Assembly: GCA_033763905.1 (NCBI GenBank)
Contig: JANRJP010000085.1
Span: 1-64,000 of the forward strand
Direction of reading: 5' to 3'
DNA length: 64,000 nt
Origin: Gemmatimonadaceae bacterium
Lineage (GTDB): Bacteria > Gemmatimonadota > Gemmatimonadetes > Gemmatimonadales > Gemmatimonadaceae
Shown here in pieces: positions 1 to 11,222 of this stretch. The position numbers and the translations under genes are program-made. Numbering within the stretch: the stretch's first letter is position 1; the number at the start of each line of letters is the position of its first letter. Below the pieces are notes generated by a model, which ran no database searches, was not told the origin of the DNA, and was given only the letters and a program-made list of their open reading frames with translations.

Positions 1-1
1 T

Positions 2-1684
2 GCCCTGCCGCCATTGCCGCCGATCACGCCGTCGCATCCGCAGATTCCCTGGGACCGCACGATCTGCTACGAGATGCATCCGCGCGGCTACACGATGCAG
101 CTGCCGGGCGTGCCCAGCGCGCAGCGCGGCACCGTGGCGGCGTTGGGATCGGCGGCGGCGATCGAGCATCTCGTGTCGCTCGGCGTCACCACGGTCGAGT
201 TGCTACCGGTGATGGCGGCAATGGACGAGCCGCATCTGGTCCGTGCCGGGCTGACGAACTACTGGGGTTACAACACGATCGGCTGGTGTGTGCCCGATCC
301 CCGGCTCGCTCCGGGCGGGATCGCCGAGTTGCGCGAGGCCGTCGCGGCTCTGCACGCGGCGGGCATCGAAGTACTGCTGGACGTCGTGTTCAATCACAGT
401 GCCGAAGGTGACGCCAACGGCCTGACGCTGTCCCTCCGCGGTCTCGACAACCGCGGCTACTACCGGCTCGCGCACGGGAAGTACGTCAACGACTCGGGCT
501 GCGGCAACACGCTCGCGCTCGACCGCCCGGCGACGGTGCGGCTGGTGATGGATTCCCTGCGGTACTTCGTCGAAGCGGCAGGCGTCGACGGCTTCCGTTT
601 CGACCTGGCGACGGACCTCGGGCGACGCGCGCAGGGGTTTGATCCGGCGGCGCCGTTGCTGGCGGCGATCGAACAGGATCCCGTGCTGCGGGAACGCAAG
701 CTCATCGCGGAGCCCTGGGACATTGGTCCCGGCGGCTACCAGCTGGGACACTTCCCGGCGCGCTGGGGCGAATGGAACGACCGATACCGGGACACCGTGC
801 GACGCTACTGGCGGGGTGACGGCGGCCTGCTCGGCGAGCTGGCGACCCGCATCGCCGGTTCCGCGGACGTCTTCGCGAGTCGCCATCGCCCGCCGTCGCG
901 CTCGGTCAACTTCATCACCGCGCACGATGGCTTCACGCTGCACGACCTCGTGTCGTACACGCAGAAGCACAACCACGCGAACGCCGAGTCGAACCGCGAC
1001 GGGACCGATGCGAACTACTCGTGGAACCACGGCGTCGAAGGGCCAAGCAGCGACCCGACCGTCATCGCCGCGCGGCAGCGTGACGTCCGTGGCTTGCTCG
1101 CGCTCCTGCTGTTGTCGCGCGGGACGCCGATGCTGACGATGGGTGATGAACTCGGCCGCACGCAGCAGGGCAACAACAACGCCTACGCGCAAGACAACGC
1201 GCTGACGTGGGTGGACTGGGGCTCGGCCGATCGCAACCTGATTGCATTCACCGCTCGGGTCGTCGCCCTGCGCCAGCGGCTCGCCGTCTTTCACGCGGAA
1301 CGGTGGCTCACTGGCCGCGCGGGCGCTGGTGCCCCCCACCCCGATGTCGCGTGGCGGCGGCTCGATGGGACGCCGATGGCGCAGAGCGACTGGTCCGATC
1401 CTGCGGGGCGATCGCTGGTGGCCGTGCTGACGGCGGAGCCCACCGGGACCACCCGTGGGGGCCGCGTGGCACTGATCGTCCACGGGGGCGGCGGCGCGGC
1501 TACCGCGCAGCTGCCGGCCCCCGATGCCGGCTACGGCTGGACCCTGGCCCTCGACACGGCAGATCCCTCGCGGACCGAGCGTCTGCTGCCCGCACCGGAC
1601 GGTACGCGCTGGCCGCTCTCGGTGCAGTCGCGTAGCGTGCTGGTGGTTACCGAAGATCCGGCGGAGACCGCGCCCGCGCACTAA
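2..1684 (+). CDS. glgX: Glycogen debranching enzyme (GH13 isoamylase type), 5'-truncated by the window edge
   Basis: NYWGYN, DVVFNH, VDGFRFDLA, IAEPWD, NFITAHDGFTL and GNNNAYAQDN motifs; frame is open to the window start. Confidence 0.93.
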   Translation, partial: ALPPLPPITPSHPQIPWDRTICYEMHPRGYTMQLPGVPSAQRGTVAALGSAAAIEHLVSLGVTTVELLPVMAAMDEPHLVRAGLTNYWGYNTIGWCVPDPRLAPGGIAELREAVAALHAAGIEVLLDVVFNHSAEGDANGLTLSLRGLDNRGYYRLAHGKYVNDSGCGNTLALDRPATVRLVMDSLRYFVEAAGVDGFRFDLATDLGRRAQGFDPAAPLLAAIEQDPVLRERKLIAEPWDIGPGGYQLGHFPARWGEWNDRYRDTVRRYWRGDGGLLGELATRIAGSADVFASRHRPPSRSVNFITAHDGFTLHDLVSYTQKHNHANAESNRDGTDANYSWNHGVEGPSSDPTVIAARQRDVRGLLALLLLSRGTPMLTMGDELGRTQQGNNNAYAQDNALTWVDWGSADRNLIAFTARVVALRQRLAVFHAERWLTGRAGAGAPHPDVAWRRLDGTPMAQSDWSDPAGRSLVAVLTAEPTGTTRGGRVALIVHGGGGAATAQLPAPDAGYGWTLALDTADPSRTERLLPAPDGTRWPLSVQSRSVLVVTEDPAETAPAH

Positions 1685-1700
1685 CCTTCCCTCCCGCGCC

Positions 1701-1733
1701 GCGATGGAGCGGCGCACCATCGCTTCTTTCCTT
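1701..1733 (+). terminator. Hairpin plus pyrimidine tract between glgX and malQ
   Basis: GCGATGG...CCATCGC stem followed by TTCTTTCCTT. Confidence 0.4.
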
Positions 1734-1735
1734 CG

Positions 1736-3202
<1,467 letters not shown>

Positions 3203-3214
3203 GGACTCCGACGA

Positions 3215-4522
3215 ATGGCGACGCAGTCGACCACGCGCTTCTCGACGATCTGGAACCTGAGCTTCGGGTTCCTCGGCATCCAGTTCGGCTGGGGCCTGCA
3301 GATGGCGAATATGAGCGCCATCTACGAGTACCTCGGCGCGAAGCCGGATGAAATTCCGATGCTCTGGCTGGCAGCCCCGTTGACGGGGTTGCTGGTGCAG
3401 CCGGTGATCGGTCACTTGAGCGACAACACCTGGTCGCCGCGCTTCGGCCGTCGACGGCCGTTCATTCTGACGGGCGCGATTCTGAGTTCGCTTGCGCTGC
3501 TGGCGATGCCGAACTCGAGCGCGCTCTGGATGGCTGCCGGCCTGCTGTGGATTCTCGATGCGTCGATCAACATCTCGATGGAGCCGTTCCGAGCCCTGGT
3601 GAGCGACGTGCTCCCCGAAGAGGATCGGACCACCGGTTTCGCGCTGCAGAGCTTCTTCATCGGGCTTGGTGCGGTCATTGCCTCGGCGCTGCCGTGGATG
3701 CTGACCAACTGGGGCGGTATCGCAGCGGTCGCCGGCGACACGATTCCGGTGACGGTGCGGATTTCGTTCTATGTCGGTTCGGCGGCGTTTCTGGGCACCG
3801 TGCTCTACACGATTCTGACGACGAAGGAAAAGCCGCCGGCGGATATGGCCGCGTTCCAGCGTCAGAAGGCCGCAACGGCGGGCATCGCGGCGGGCGCGCG
3901 CGAGATCGTCGCGGCCGTGCGCGCGATGCCGTCGACGATGAAGCAGTTGGCCTGGGTGCAGATCTGCACGTGGCTCGGCCTGTTCTGTATGTGGCTCTAC
4001 TTCCCGGTCGCGGTGGCGACGAACGTATTCGGGGCCAGCGACTCGAGCTCGCCGCTCTACCAGCAGGGGGTGGAGTGGGCCGGTGTCTGCTTCGGCGCGT
4101 ACTCGGCGGTCTGCTTCGCGTTCAGCTTCTTCCTGCCGCCCTTGGCCAAGAAGAACGGGCGCAAGTGGACGCACGCGATCTGCCTGGGCGCCGGCGCGGC
4201 GGGCCTGCTATCGGTGTCGGTCATCACGACGCCGTCGCTGTTGTTGCTGTCGATGGCCGGCGTGGGCATCGCGTGGGCCAGCACGTTGTCGATGCCGTAC
4301 TCGATGCTCGCCGGATCCATTCCCGAAGGAAAGAACGGCATCTATATGGGCATCTTCAACTTCTTCATCGTCATCCCTGAGATCGTCGCGTCGCTCGGCT
4401 TCGGCTGGGTGATGTCGAACGTGCTCGACAACAACCGGATGGCAGCTGTGATCGCGGGCGGCGTCTTTCTGGCGCTGGCCGGCGTGCTCGTGCTCCGCGT
4501 CGAGGACAAGGGGGCTCCGTGA
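3215..4522 (+). CDS. MFS maltose/sucrose-type sugar transporter
   Basis: About 12 hydrophobic segments; GFLGIQFGWGLQ, GRRRPF and GIFNFFIVIP motifs; lies in an alpha-glucan operon. Confidence 0.88.
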   Translation: MATQSTTRFSTIWNLSFGFLGIQFGWGLQMANMSAIYEYLGAKPDEIPMLWLAAPLTGLLVQPVIGHLSDNTWSPRFGRRRPFILTGAILSSLALLAMPNSSALWMAAGLLWILDASINISMEPFRALVSDVLPEEDRTTGFALQSFFIGLGAVIASALPWMLTNWGGIAAVAGDTIPVTVRISFYVGSAAFLGTVLYTILTTKEKPPADMAAFQRQKAATAGIAAGAREIVAAVRAMPSTMKQLAWVQICTWLGLFCMWLYFPVAVATNVFGASDSSSPLYQQGVEWAGVCFGAYSAVCFAFSFFLPPLAKKNGRKWTHAICLGAGAAGLLSVSVITTPSLLLLSMAGVGIAWASTLSMPYSMLAGSIPEGKNGIYMGIFNFFIVIPEIVASLGFGWVMSNVLDNNRMAAVIAGGVFLALAGVLVLRVEDKGAP

Positions 4523-7203
4523 CGCGAGCGGCCTTCACCGGCCGCCTCGCGCGCCTCGCGCTGTGCGCGGCAATGCCCCTCGGCGCCCAGGCGCCGACCG
4601 TAACGAAGGTCGACCCGCCGGACTGGTGGCCGCAGTCGACCGTGAACCCAGTGCGCGTGATGCTCCGCGGATCGCACCTTGCGGGCGCGTCGCTCGAGTG
4701 CGGCGCACTGCGATGCGGCCGAGTGCAGGTGAATGCGGCCGGGACGTACGTGTTCGTGGATGTCACGATCCCGCCCTCGGCGCGTCCTGGGCAGTATCCG
4801 CTCACGGTGCGCACGCCGGCGGGCCGGGCGATCGCCCCCTTCGAGCTCACGCCCAAGCTCGCGAGCGCGGGCCGCTATCAGGGCTTCGGGCCGAGCGATG
4901 TGATGTATCTGCTGATGCCTGACCGCTTTGCCAACGGGGACCCGCAGAACGACAATCCTGTCGCCTCACCTGGGCTCCACAACCGTAGCGAACGGCGCTA
5001 CTACCACGGCGGCGACCTCGCCGGCGTGCGGCAGCGGCTGCCATATCTCCGTTCACTCGGGGTGTCGGCGGTGTGGCTGAACCCGATCTACGACAACCAC
5101 AACGCGCTCAACGATCGCGAGAAGCCGGACGGCAAGCCGATCACCGACTACCACGGCTACGGCCCCACCGATTTCTACGGCGTCGAAGAGCACTTCGGCA
5201 CGCTGGGCGAGTTCCGCGCGCTGGTCGATGCCGCCCACGCGGCGGGCATCAAGATCGTCGTCGATATGGTGGCGAACCACACCGGGCCGTATCACCCGTG
5301 GGTGACCGACTCGCCGACCCCCACGTGGTATCACGGCACCGTCGATCGTCATCTGAACAATGTCTGGCAGACGTGGACCATCGCCGATCGCTACAGCCCC
5401 GCCTCGGTACGCGCGGCGACGTTGGACGGTTGGTTCATCGACATCCTGCCCGATCTCAATCAGGATGACCCCGAGGTCGCGCGGTATCTGATCCAGAACA
5501 CCCTGTGGTGGGTCGCCCGCACCGGGGTGGACGGCATTCGGCAGGACACCTGGCCGTATGTACCTCGCACCTTCTGGCGCGCCTGGATGGCCGCGATTAC
5601 CCGGGAGTTTCCGTCCCTCAAGGTCGTCGGTGAGGTGTACGACGGTGATCCCGCGTTGGTCTCGTTTTTCGAGGGCGGCCGCGCGCAGTGGGACGGGCTC
5701 GACACGAAGGTCGATATGCTGTTCGACTTCCCGCTGTTCTATCCCATCCGCCAAGCGTTCGCGCGTGGCGGATCGCTGCGAGACGTCGCGCAGATGCTCG
5801 GCCGCGATCGGATGTATCAGGATGCCACCCGCCTCGTCCCGTTTCTCGGCCTGCACGACGTCGGGCGGTTCATGAGTGAGCCGGGCGCGACGCACGCCGG
5901 GCTTCGCCTCGCGTACACGTTCCTGCTCACGACCCGCGGCACGCCGCTGGTCTACTACGGCGATGAAATCGGGATGACGGGCTCGGGCGACCCCGACAAC
6001 CGCGGAGACTTTCCCGGCGGCTGGCCCGGGGACGCGGCGGACAAGTTCGAGGCGAACGGTCGAACGCCCGAGGAACAGCGCACCTGGCAGCATCTGCAGC
6101 GGCTGATCGGGCTGCGTCGCGCCCGCGCCGACTTGCAGGGCCGCGCGATGGAAAACGTCGTGGTGACCCCGCAGCAGTGGGTGTACCGTCGCGGTGCGAT
6201 GCTCGTGGCGCTGAACAACGACACGACGGCATCCACCGTGCGCGTGCCCTATGGCGCGCTGGGTAGCGACCTGCTCTCCCAGTGTGCCGCGCCGCGGGTC
6301 GACGGCAATCAGATCGCCGTGGTGATTCCGGCTCGAAGCGGCTGCGTGTTCGAGATCACGCGGGTCAGCATCCCGGGGCCGCCGCTCGGGATCACCGGCC
6401 GCCGCGTGCTGCACGCTGGTTTTGCGGCGACGCGCATTGCCGCACGCAACGTGGAGGTGTGGCTCCCGCCCGGATACGATGCCTCCGGCAGCACCCGCTA
6501 CCCCGTGCTCTATATGCACGACGGGCAAAACGTCTTCAATCCGGCGACGTCGATGGGCGGCGTGGATTGGGGTGTCGACGAAACGATGACGTCCCTCATC
6601 GCGGACGGCACGATTCGGCCCGCAATCGTGGTCGCGACGTGGAATTCGCCCAAGCGCTATCAGGAGTATATGCCGCGCAAGGCGCTCCCGGCCGGCGAGA
6701 CGTCGTTCTCCACTGGCTTGGGGCGTCCGGCGGCGTCAGGCGAGATCATCTCCGACGCCTACCTCGCCTTCCTCGTCACCGAGCTTAAGCCGTTCATCGA
6801 TCGCACGTACCGCACGCGTCCCGGCCGCGACGACACGATGGTGATGGGCTCGAGTATGGGGGGCCTGATTTCGCTCTACGCGATGTCGGAGTACCCGAAC
6901 GTGTTCGGCGCGGCGGCGGCGCTCTCCACGCATTGGCCCGCCGCCGATGGCGCCGTCATCGAGTACCTCGCGCAACATCTGCCGCCGCCGACCACGCACC
7001 GGCTGTATATGGACCGTGGCTCGGCCACCCTTGATGCGTCATACCCGCCGTATCAAGTGCGCGCCGATGCGATGGCGCGTGCGCGCGGCTACGTCGAGGG
7101 GCCGCGATTCACGACGCGGGTGTTTGAAGGGGCGGACCATAGCGAGAGGGCGTGGCGGGAGCGGCTGACAATTCCCCTGACATTCCTCCTCGGCCGCCGG
7201 TGA
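4519..7203 (+). CDS. Secreted GH13 cyclomaltodextrinase/neopullulanase fused to a C-terminal alpha/beta-hydrolase (putative esterase)
   Basis: Signal peptide; YLLMPDRFANGD, DMVANH, GIRQDT, VGEV and LHDVGRF GH13 regions; then YPVLYMHDGQN and GSSMGG esterase motifs in the same frame. Confidence 0.88.
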   Translation: MTRAAFTGRLARLALCAAMPLGAQAPTVTKVDPPDWWPQSTVNPVRVMLRGSHLAGASLECGALRCGRVQVNAAGTYVFVDVTIPPSARPGQYPLTVRTPAGRAIAPFELTPKLASAGRYQGFGPSDVMYLLMPDRFANGDPQNDNPVASPGLHNRSERRYYHGGDLAGVRQRLPYLRSLGVSAVWLNPIYDNHNALNDREKPDGKPITDYHGYGPTDFYGVEEHFGTLGEFRALVDAAHAAGIKIVVDMVANHTGPYHPWVTDSPTPTWYHGTVDRHLNNVWQTWTIADRYSPASVRAATLDGWFIDILPDLNQDDPEVARYLIQNTLWWVARTGVDGIRQDTWPYVPRTFWRAWMAAITREFPSLKVVGEVYDGDPALVSFFEGGRAQWDGLDTKVDMLFDFPLFYPIRQAFARGGSLRDVAQMLGRDRMYQDATRLVPFLGLHDVGRFMSEPGATHAGLRLAYTFLLTTRGTPLVYYGDEIGMTGSGDPDNRGDFPGGWPGDAADKFEANGRTPEEQRTWQHLQRLIGLRRARADLQGRAMENVVVTPQQWVYRRGAMLVALNNDTTASTVRVPYGALGSDLLSQCAAPRVDGNQIAVVIPARSGCVFEITRVSIPGPPLGITGRRVLHAGFAATRIAARNVEVWLPPGYDASGSTRYPVLYMHDGQNVFNPATSMGGVDWGVDETMTSLIADGTIRPAIVVATWNSPKRYQEYMPRKALPAGETSFSTGLGRPAASGEIISDAYLAFLVTELKPFIDRTYRTRPGRDDTMVMGSSMGGLISLYAMSEYPNVFGAAAALSTHWPAADGAVIEYLAQHLPPPTTHRLYMDRGSATLDASYPPYQVRADAMARARGYVEGPRFTTRVFEGADHSERAWRERLTIPLTFLLGRR

Positions 7204-8290
7204 GCCACCCGTAGGCCCGCGGGGTAAAGCGACGGAGCGTGGCCCCCACGAGCACGCTCCCTGCCATCACCAGCAGCGGCAGCAACACGAACACGGCCAT
7301 CCGGTAGCCGGGCAGGTGCTCGACGAGCGGGAAGATCCAGAAGAGTGCGTAGTTGATCACCGGCACGTGCGCGGCGTAGATGATGAAACTGAAGCCGCTG
7401 ACCCACGCGAAGGCGCGGTTGTCCATCGCGCGCGTGACCAGGCCGTCGATGCCGTACCACATCACGAGCATCCCCGACGCGACGACGAGCTTGTGGAGCA
7501 GCACCATTGGCGTGACGAACTCGGAGACGCCCTGGAACGCCAGATACGTCTTGCACGCCGCCGCCGTGAGCCACACGATCGTCAGCGGCCCGAGCCGCAC
7601 CCACGAGGGGCGCGTTTCGACATCCGCCCCGCGGACTCCGAGCCAAATGCCGATCAAGAACGCCAGCAGCCCTTCCCCGCCGAAGAGCAGCGGAATGCCG
7701 AAGTCCGCGAGCCAGAACAGCGTCGCAATGGCGAAGGTCACGCGCGGCCGCGCCACCACGGCACGGCGCAGCAGCGGATAGGCCGCGATGTACACGAACA
7801 GGCTGCGCAGGAACCACAACTGAAAGGCCACCGGTTCCAGGAGCCAGATCGACAGCCGTTGTCCCCACGTGGCTCGGCTGATCAGGCCATCGCCGTACCA
7901 CGTCAGCCGCGCGGCCTCGATCCCAGGCGCCGTCAGCGCCCAGTGTTCCAGACCCCACGTGGTCAGCAACGCGATGCCGCTCCACAGCACGAACGGCACG
8001 AGCAGGGTGCGCACGCGGCGCCGGACCAGCGGACCGTGCGGCGCCGGTGGCCGCATCGCCAGGAGGTACGCTGAAATGATGAACAGCACCGGCAAGCGGA
8101 AACGGAACAGTCCGTTGGCGAGCAGGTACTGCGTGAACGTCGTGAACGACAGCCGTTCCTCGACCAGCGTGTACGGCTGCAGGTACCGCTGCTCCAAGTC
8201 GTAGCCGTGCACGTAGACCAGCAGCACCATCGACAGCAACGAGAAGAATCGGATCTTCCGGCTCAGCGAAGGCGAGATGGTCGTCGGCAC
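7109..8290 (-). CDS. Acyltransferase-3 family membrane protein
   Basis: Multi-TM; VYVHG, PVLFIISAYLL, FQLWFLRSL and SFIIYAAH motifs; GTG start at 8290 is inferred. Confidence 0.8.
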   Translation of the reverse strand: MPTTISPSLSRKIRFFSLLSMVLLVYVHGYDLEQRYLQPYTLVEERLSFTTFTQYLLANGLFRFRLPVLFIISAYLLAMRPPAPHGPLVRRRVRTLLVPFVLWSGIALLTTWGLEHWALTAPGIEAARLTWYGDGLISRATWGQRLSIWLLEPVAFQLWFLRSLFVYIAAYPLLRRAVVARPRVTFAIATLFWLADFGIPLLFGGEGLLAFLIGIWLGVRGADVETRPSWVRLGPLTIVWLTAAACKTYLAFQGVSEFVTPMVLLHKLVVASGMLVMWYGIDGLVTRAMDNRAFAWVSGFSFIIYAAHVPVINYALFWIFPLVEHLPGYRMAVFVLLPLLVMAGSVLVGATLRRFTPRAYGWLTGGRGGMSGELSAAPATPSRYGPPLQTPAS

Positions 8291-8366
8291 GGTCGTCCGT
8301 ACGGTGCCGCCCGCGCGAGGGTTTCTGGACTTTCGAATGCTGCGGCCGAGCCCCAGCATTCACCGG

Positions 8367-8903
8367 ATGACTGCCTCGCTCGTGATTCGCGACATCACCC
8401 CCGCCGACGCACCAGTCGTCGCCGCCTTGCACGCCGCCAGTTGGCGCACGGCCTATCGCGGCATCCTGTCCGACGCCTATCTCAACGATGCCTTGGATGC
8501 CGATCGGCTCGCGACGTGGACGACGCGGCTCGCCGATCGCGAGACCTCGCAGTTCGGTGTGCTGGCGCTCGACGGCGACGTGCCAGTGGGCTTCGGCTTC
8601 GTGTTTCGCGATGCCGATCCGCCGTGGGGGCACCTGCTCGACAACCTGCACGTGACCACCGCACGTCGGAGTGCGGGCATCGGCCCGCGGCTGATGGCGG
8701 CGATCGCCGAACGGCTGCCGCGAGGCAGCCGGCTCCACCTGTGGGTCTACGATGGCAACGTCCGCGCGCGCGCGTTCTACGACCGGATGGGCGGACGCCC
8801 CGTGGAACAGCAGACGATGGAGCCGCCGGGCGGTGGGCAGGCCGTGCAGTGGCGCTACGTGTGGGATGACATCGATGTCCTTCGCGGGGTGGCGCGTGAC
8901 TGA
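8367..8903 (+). CDS. GNAT family N-acetyltransferase
   Basis: [24 protein letters not shown] and [12 protein letters not shown] acetyl-CoA-binding motifs. Confidence 0.88.
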   Translation: MTASLVIRDITPADAPVVAALHAASWRTAYRGILSDAYLNDALDADRLATWTTRLADRETSQFGVLALDGDVPVGFGFVFRDADPPWGHLLDNLHVTTARRSAGIGPRLMAAIAERLPRGSRLHLWVYDGNVRARAFYDRMGGRPVEQQTMEPPGGGQAVQWRYVWDDIDVLRGVARD

Positions 8904-9408
8904 ACTCGTGCTGCGCCGCAGTACGCCGGCCGACGTCGACGCCGTGCTGGCGTTGTATCGCGCGGTGGCCGCGATCGAGGGCGGCCTCGCGCGCACCGCC
9001 GCCGAGATCGATCGGGACTGGCTGGACGGGGTCCTGCACGCGAGCTGGACCCGCGGCGTGTCGATGGTCGCAGCCCGTGGAGACGAGATCATCGGCGAAC
9101 TGCACGCGTTCCGCCCGGTGCCCCGTTGCTTCCACCACGTGCTGTCCGACCTCACGATTGCCATCAGTCCATCCGCGCAGGGACAGGGTGTGGGTCGTCG
9201 ACTGTTCGGCGCCTTTCTGACCGTGGTGGAGACCGAACTGCCCGAGATCGAGCGGGTGGAACTGTTCGCTCGCGAGTCGAATGCGCGTGGACTCGCGCTC
9301 TACGCGTCGCTGGGGTTCGTTGAGGATGGGCGGCTGCGGCACCGCTGCCGCGGTGTCAGCGGCGCGCTGGAGGACGATGTCGTGATGGGCTGGATGCGCA
9401 GGCGCTGA
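8896..9408 (+). CDS. GNAT family N-acetyltransferase
   Basis: [11 protein letters not shown] and [15 protein letters not shown] motifs; overlaps the upstream GNAT stop. Confidence 0.88.
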   Translation: MTELVLRRSTPADVDAVLALYRAVAAIEGGLARTAAEIDRDWLDGVLHASWTRGVSMVAARGDEIIGELHAFRPVPRCFHHVLSDLTIAISPSAQGQGVGRRLFGAFLTVVETELPEIERVELFARESNARGLALYASLGFVEDGRLRHRCRGVSGALEDDVVMGWMRRR

Positions 9409-9452
9409 GCCCGTCAGGTCGCCGGACGCCGCGCGGGCCGCTAGCTTCCACT

Positions 9453-11210
9453 ATGCCTTCCCGCCCCGCCGACGCCGCCGGCTTTGCCGCGCTCGCGCTC
9501 GATCCCCGAGTCTTGAGCGCCCTCACCGCGCTCGGCTACGAAGAACCGACGCCGATCCAGCAGGCCGCGATTCCGCCGTTGCTCGCGGGGCGCGATGTGC
9601 TGGCGCAGGCTGCCACCGGTACCGGCAAGACGGCCGCGTTCGCCCTGCCCCTGTTGCACGCGCTGAACCCGCAGGCGACGCCCAAGCAACGCGTGGCCGC
9701 GCTGGTGCTCGTGCCCACGCGCGAGCTCGCGATGCAGGTCGCCGAGGCGGTGTACCGCTACGGCAAGCCGATGGGCGTCGTCGCGCTGCCGATCTACGGC
9801 GGCGCGCCGATGGAGACCCAGATCCGCGCGCTGTCGCGCGGCGTCGATGTCGTGATCGCCACGCCGGGCCGCGCGTTGGATCACATTCGCCGCAGCACCC
9901 TGCATCTGGCGCACGTGAAGATGGTGGTGCTCGACGAAGCCGACGAGATGCTCGATATGGGCTTCGCGGAAGATCTCGACGCCATTCTATCGGCCACGCC
10001 CGAGACCAAGCAGGTCGCACTCTTTTCGGCCACGCTCGCGCCGCGCATCGCGGCAATCGCCAAGACCCATCTGCGCGATCCGGAAGTCATCCGGATCGAT
10101 GCCGAGGCGGTCAAGGCGGGCAAGCTGGCCAAGATCCGTCAGGTCGCCTACGTGGTGCCGCGCTCGCACAAGATGGTGGCGCTCGGACGGATCCTCGATG
10201 TCGAGCAGCCGAAGAGCGCGATCGTGTTCTGCCGCAGCCGCAACGAAGTGGACACGCTGGCCGAAACACTAAACGGCCGCGGCTACCGCGCCGAGGCGCT
10301 GCACGGTGGCCTGAGTCAGGATCAGCGCGATCGCGTGATGAAGCGGTTCCGCGCGAACACGACCGACCTGCTGATCGCGACCGATGTGGCGGCACGCGGG
10401 TTGGACGTGAGCCACGTCTCACACGTGGTGAACTACGACGTGCCCTCCGCCGCAGAAGCGTACGTGCACCGCATCGGACGGACCGGGCGCGCCGGGCGCA
10501 CGGGGCTCGCGATCACGCTCGCCGAGCCGCGCGAGCATCGGATGCTGCGCAACATCGAACGGGTCACCGGTCAGCCGATCGAGACGGCGACGGTGCCGAC
10601 GGTCGCGGATCTTCGCGCGCGTCGCATCGAGCTCGCGCAGGCGTCGTTGCGCGAAGTGATTCTGGCGGGGGATCTCGAGCGCTGGGGGATGATCGTCACC
10701 GGGCTGTCGGCCGAGTTCGATCTGATGGATATCGCTTCGGCGGCGCTCAAGCAGGCGCTGCCGGACTTGGGGAGCGCTGCAGAGGAGCAGGAGATCCCCT
10801 CGGCGTCGGCGCCGAGGGATCGGAGCTTTGCGCCGGTGGATCGGCCGCCGCGCGGCCGCGGGGACGAGCGGGGCGAGCGGAGCCGCGGCGGCGATGACCG
10901 TGCCGGCAAGAAGCCGCGCGGCGCCGCGGCTCGCGGGCCCAAGGGCAGCGCCCGCGAGGCGAAGTGGGCGGTCGCCAAGCTGTTCATCGGCGCGGGCCGC
11001 TCGGCGCAGATCCGGCCGGGTGACCTGGTCGGCGCCATCGCCAACGAAGTGGGCATCGACGGCGGCGCGATCGGCGCGATCCAGATCTGGGATCGCCACT
11101 CGATCGTCGAAGTGCCCGAGGAGATCGCGGACGATATTGTCGCCGCGCTCTCCTCGACGAAGATCAAGGGACAGCGGCTCAAGGTCCGTCGCGATCGCGA
11201 CGGACGCTGA
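9453..11210 (+). CDS. deaD: DEAD-box RNA helicase, DeaD/CsdA type, with DbpA RNA-binding C-terminal domain
   Basis: Q motif, ATGTGKT, PTRELA, DEADEM, SAT, ARGLD and HRIGRTGRAG; C-terminal IRPGDLVGAIANE. Confidence 0.92.
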   Translation: MPSRPADAAGFAALALDPRVLSALTALGYEEPTPIQQAAIPPLLAGRDVLAQAATGTGKTAAFALPLLHALNPQATPKQRVAALVLVPTRELAMQVAEAVYRYGKPMGVVALPIYGGAPMETQIRALSRGVDVVIATPGRALDHIRRSTLHLAHVKMVVLDEADEMLDMGFAEDLDAILSATPETKQVALFSATLAPRIAAIAKTHLRDPEVIRIDAEAVKAGKLAKIRQVAYVVPRSHKMVALGRILDVEQPKSAIVFCRSRNEVDTLAETLNGRGYRAEALHGGLSQDQRDRVMKRFRANTTDLLIATDVAARGLDVSHVSHVVNYDVPSAAEAYVHRIGRTGRAGRTGLAITLAEPREHRMLRNIERVTGQPIETATVPTVADLRARRIELAQASLREVILAGDLERWGMIVTGLSAEFDLMDIASAALKQALPDLGSAAEEQEIPSASAPRDRSFAPVDRPPRGRGDERGERSRGGDDRAGKKPRGAAARGPKGSAREAKWAVAKLFIGAGRSAQIRPGDLVGAIANEVGIDGGAIGAIQIWDRHSIVEVPEEIADDIVAALSSTKIKGQRLKVRRDRDGR

Positions 11211-11222
11211 GCTCGCGTCGGG

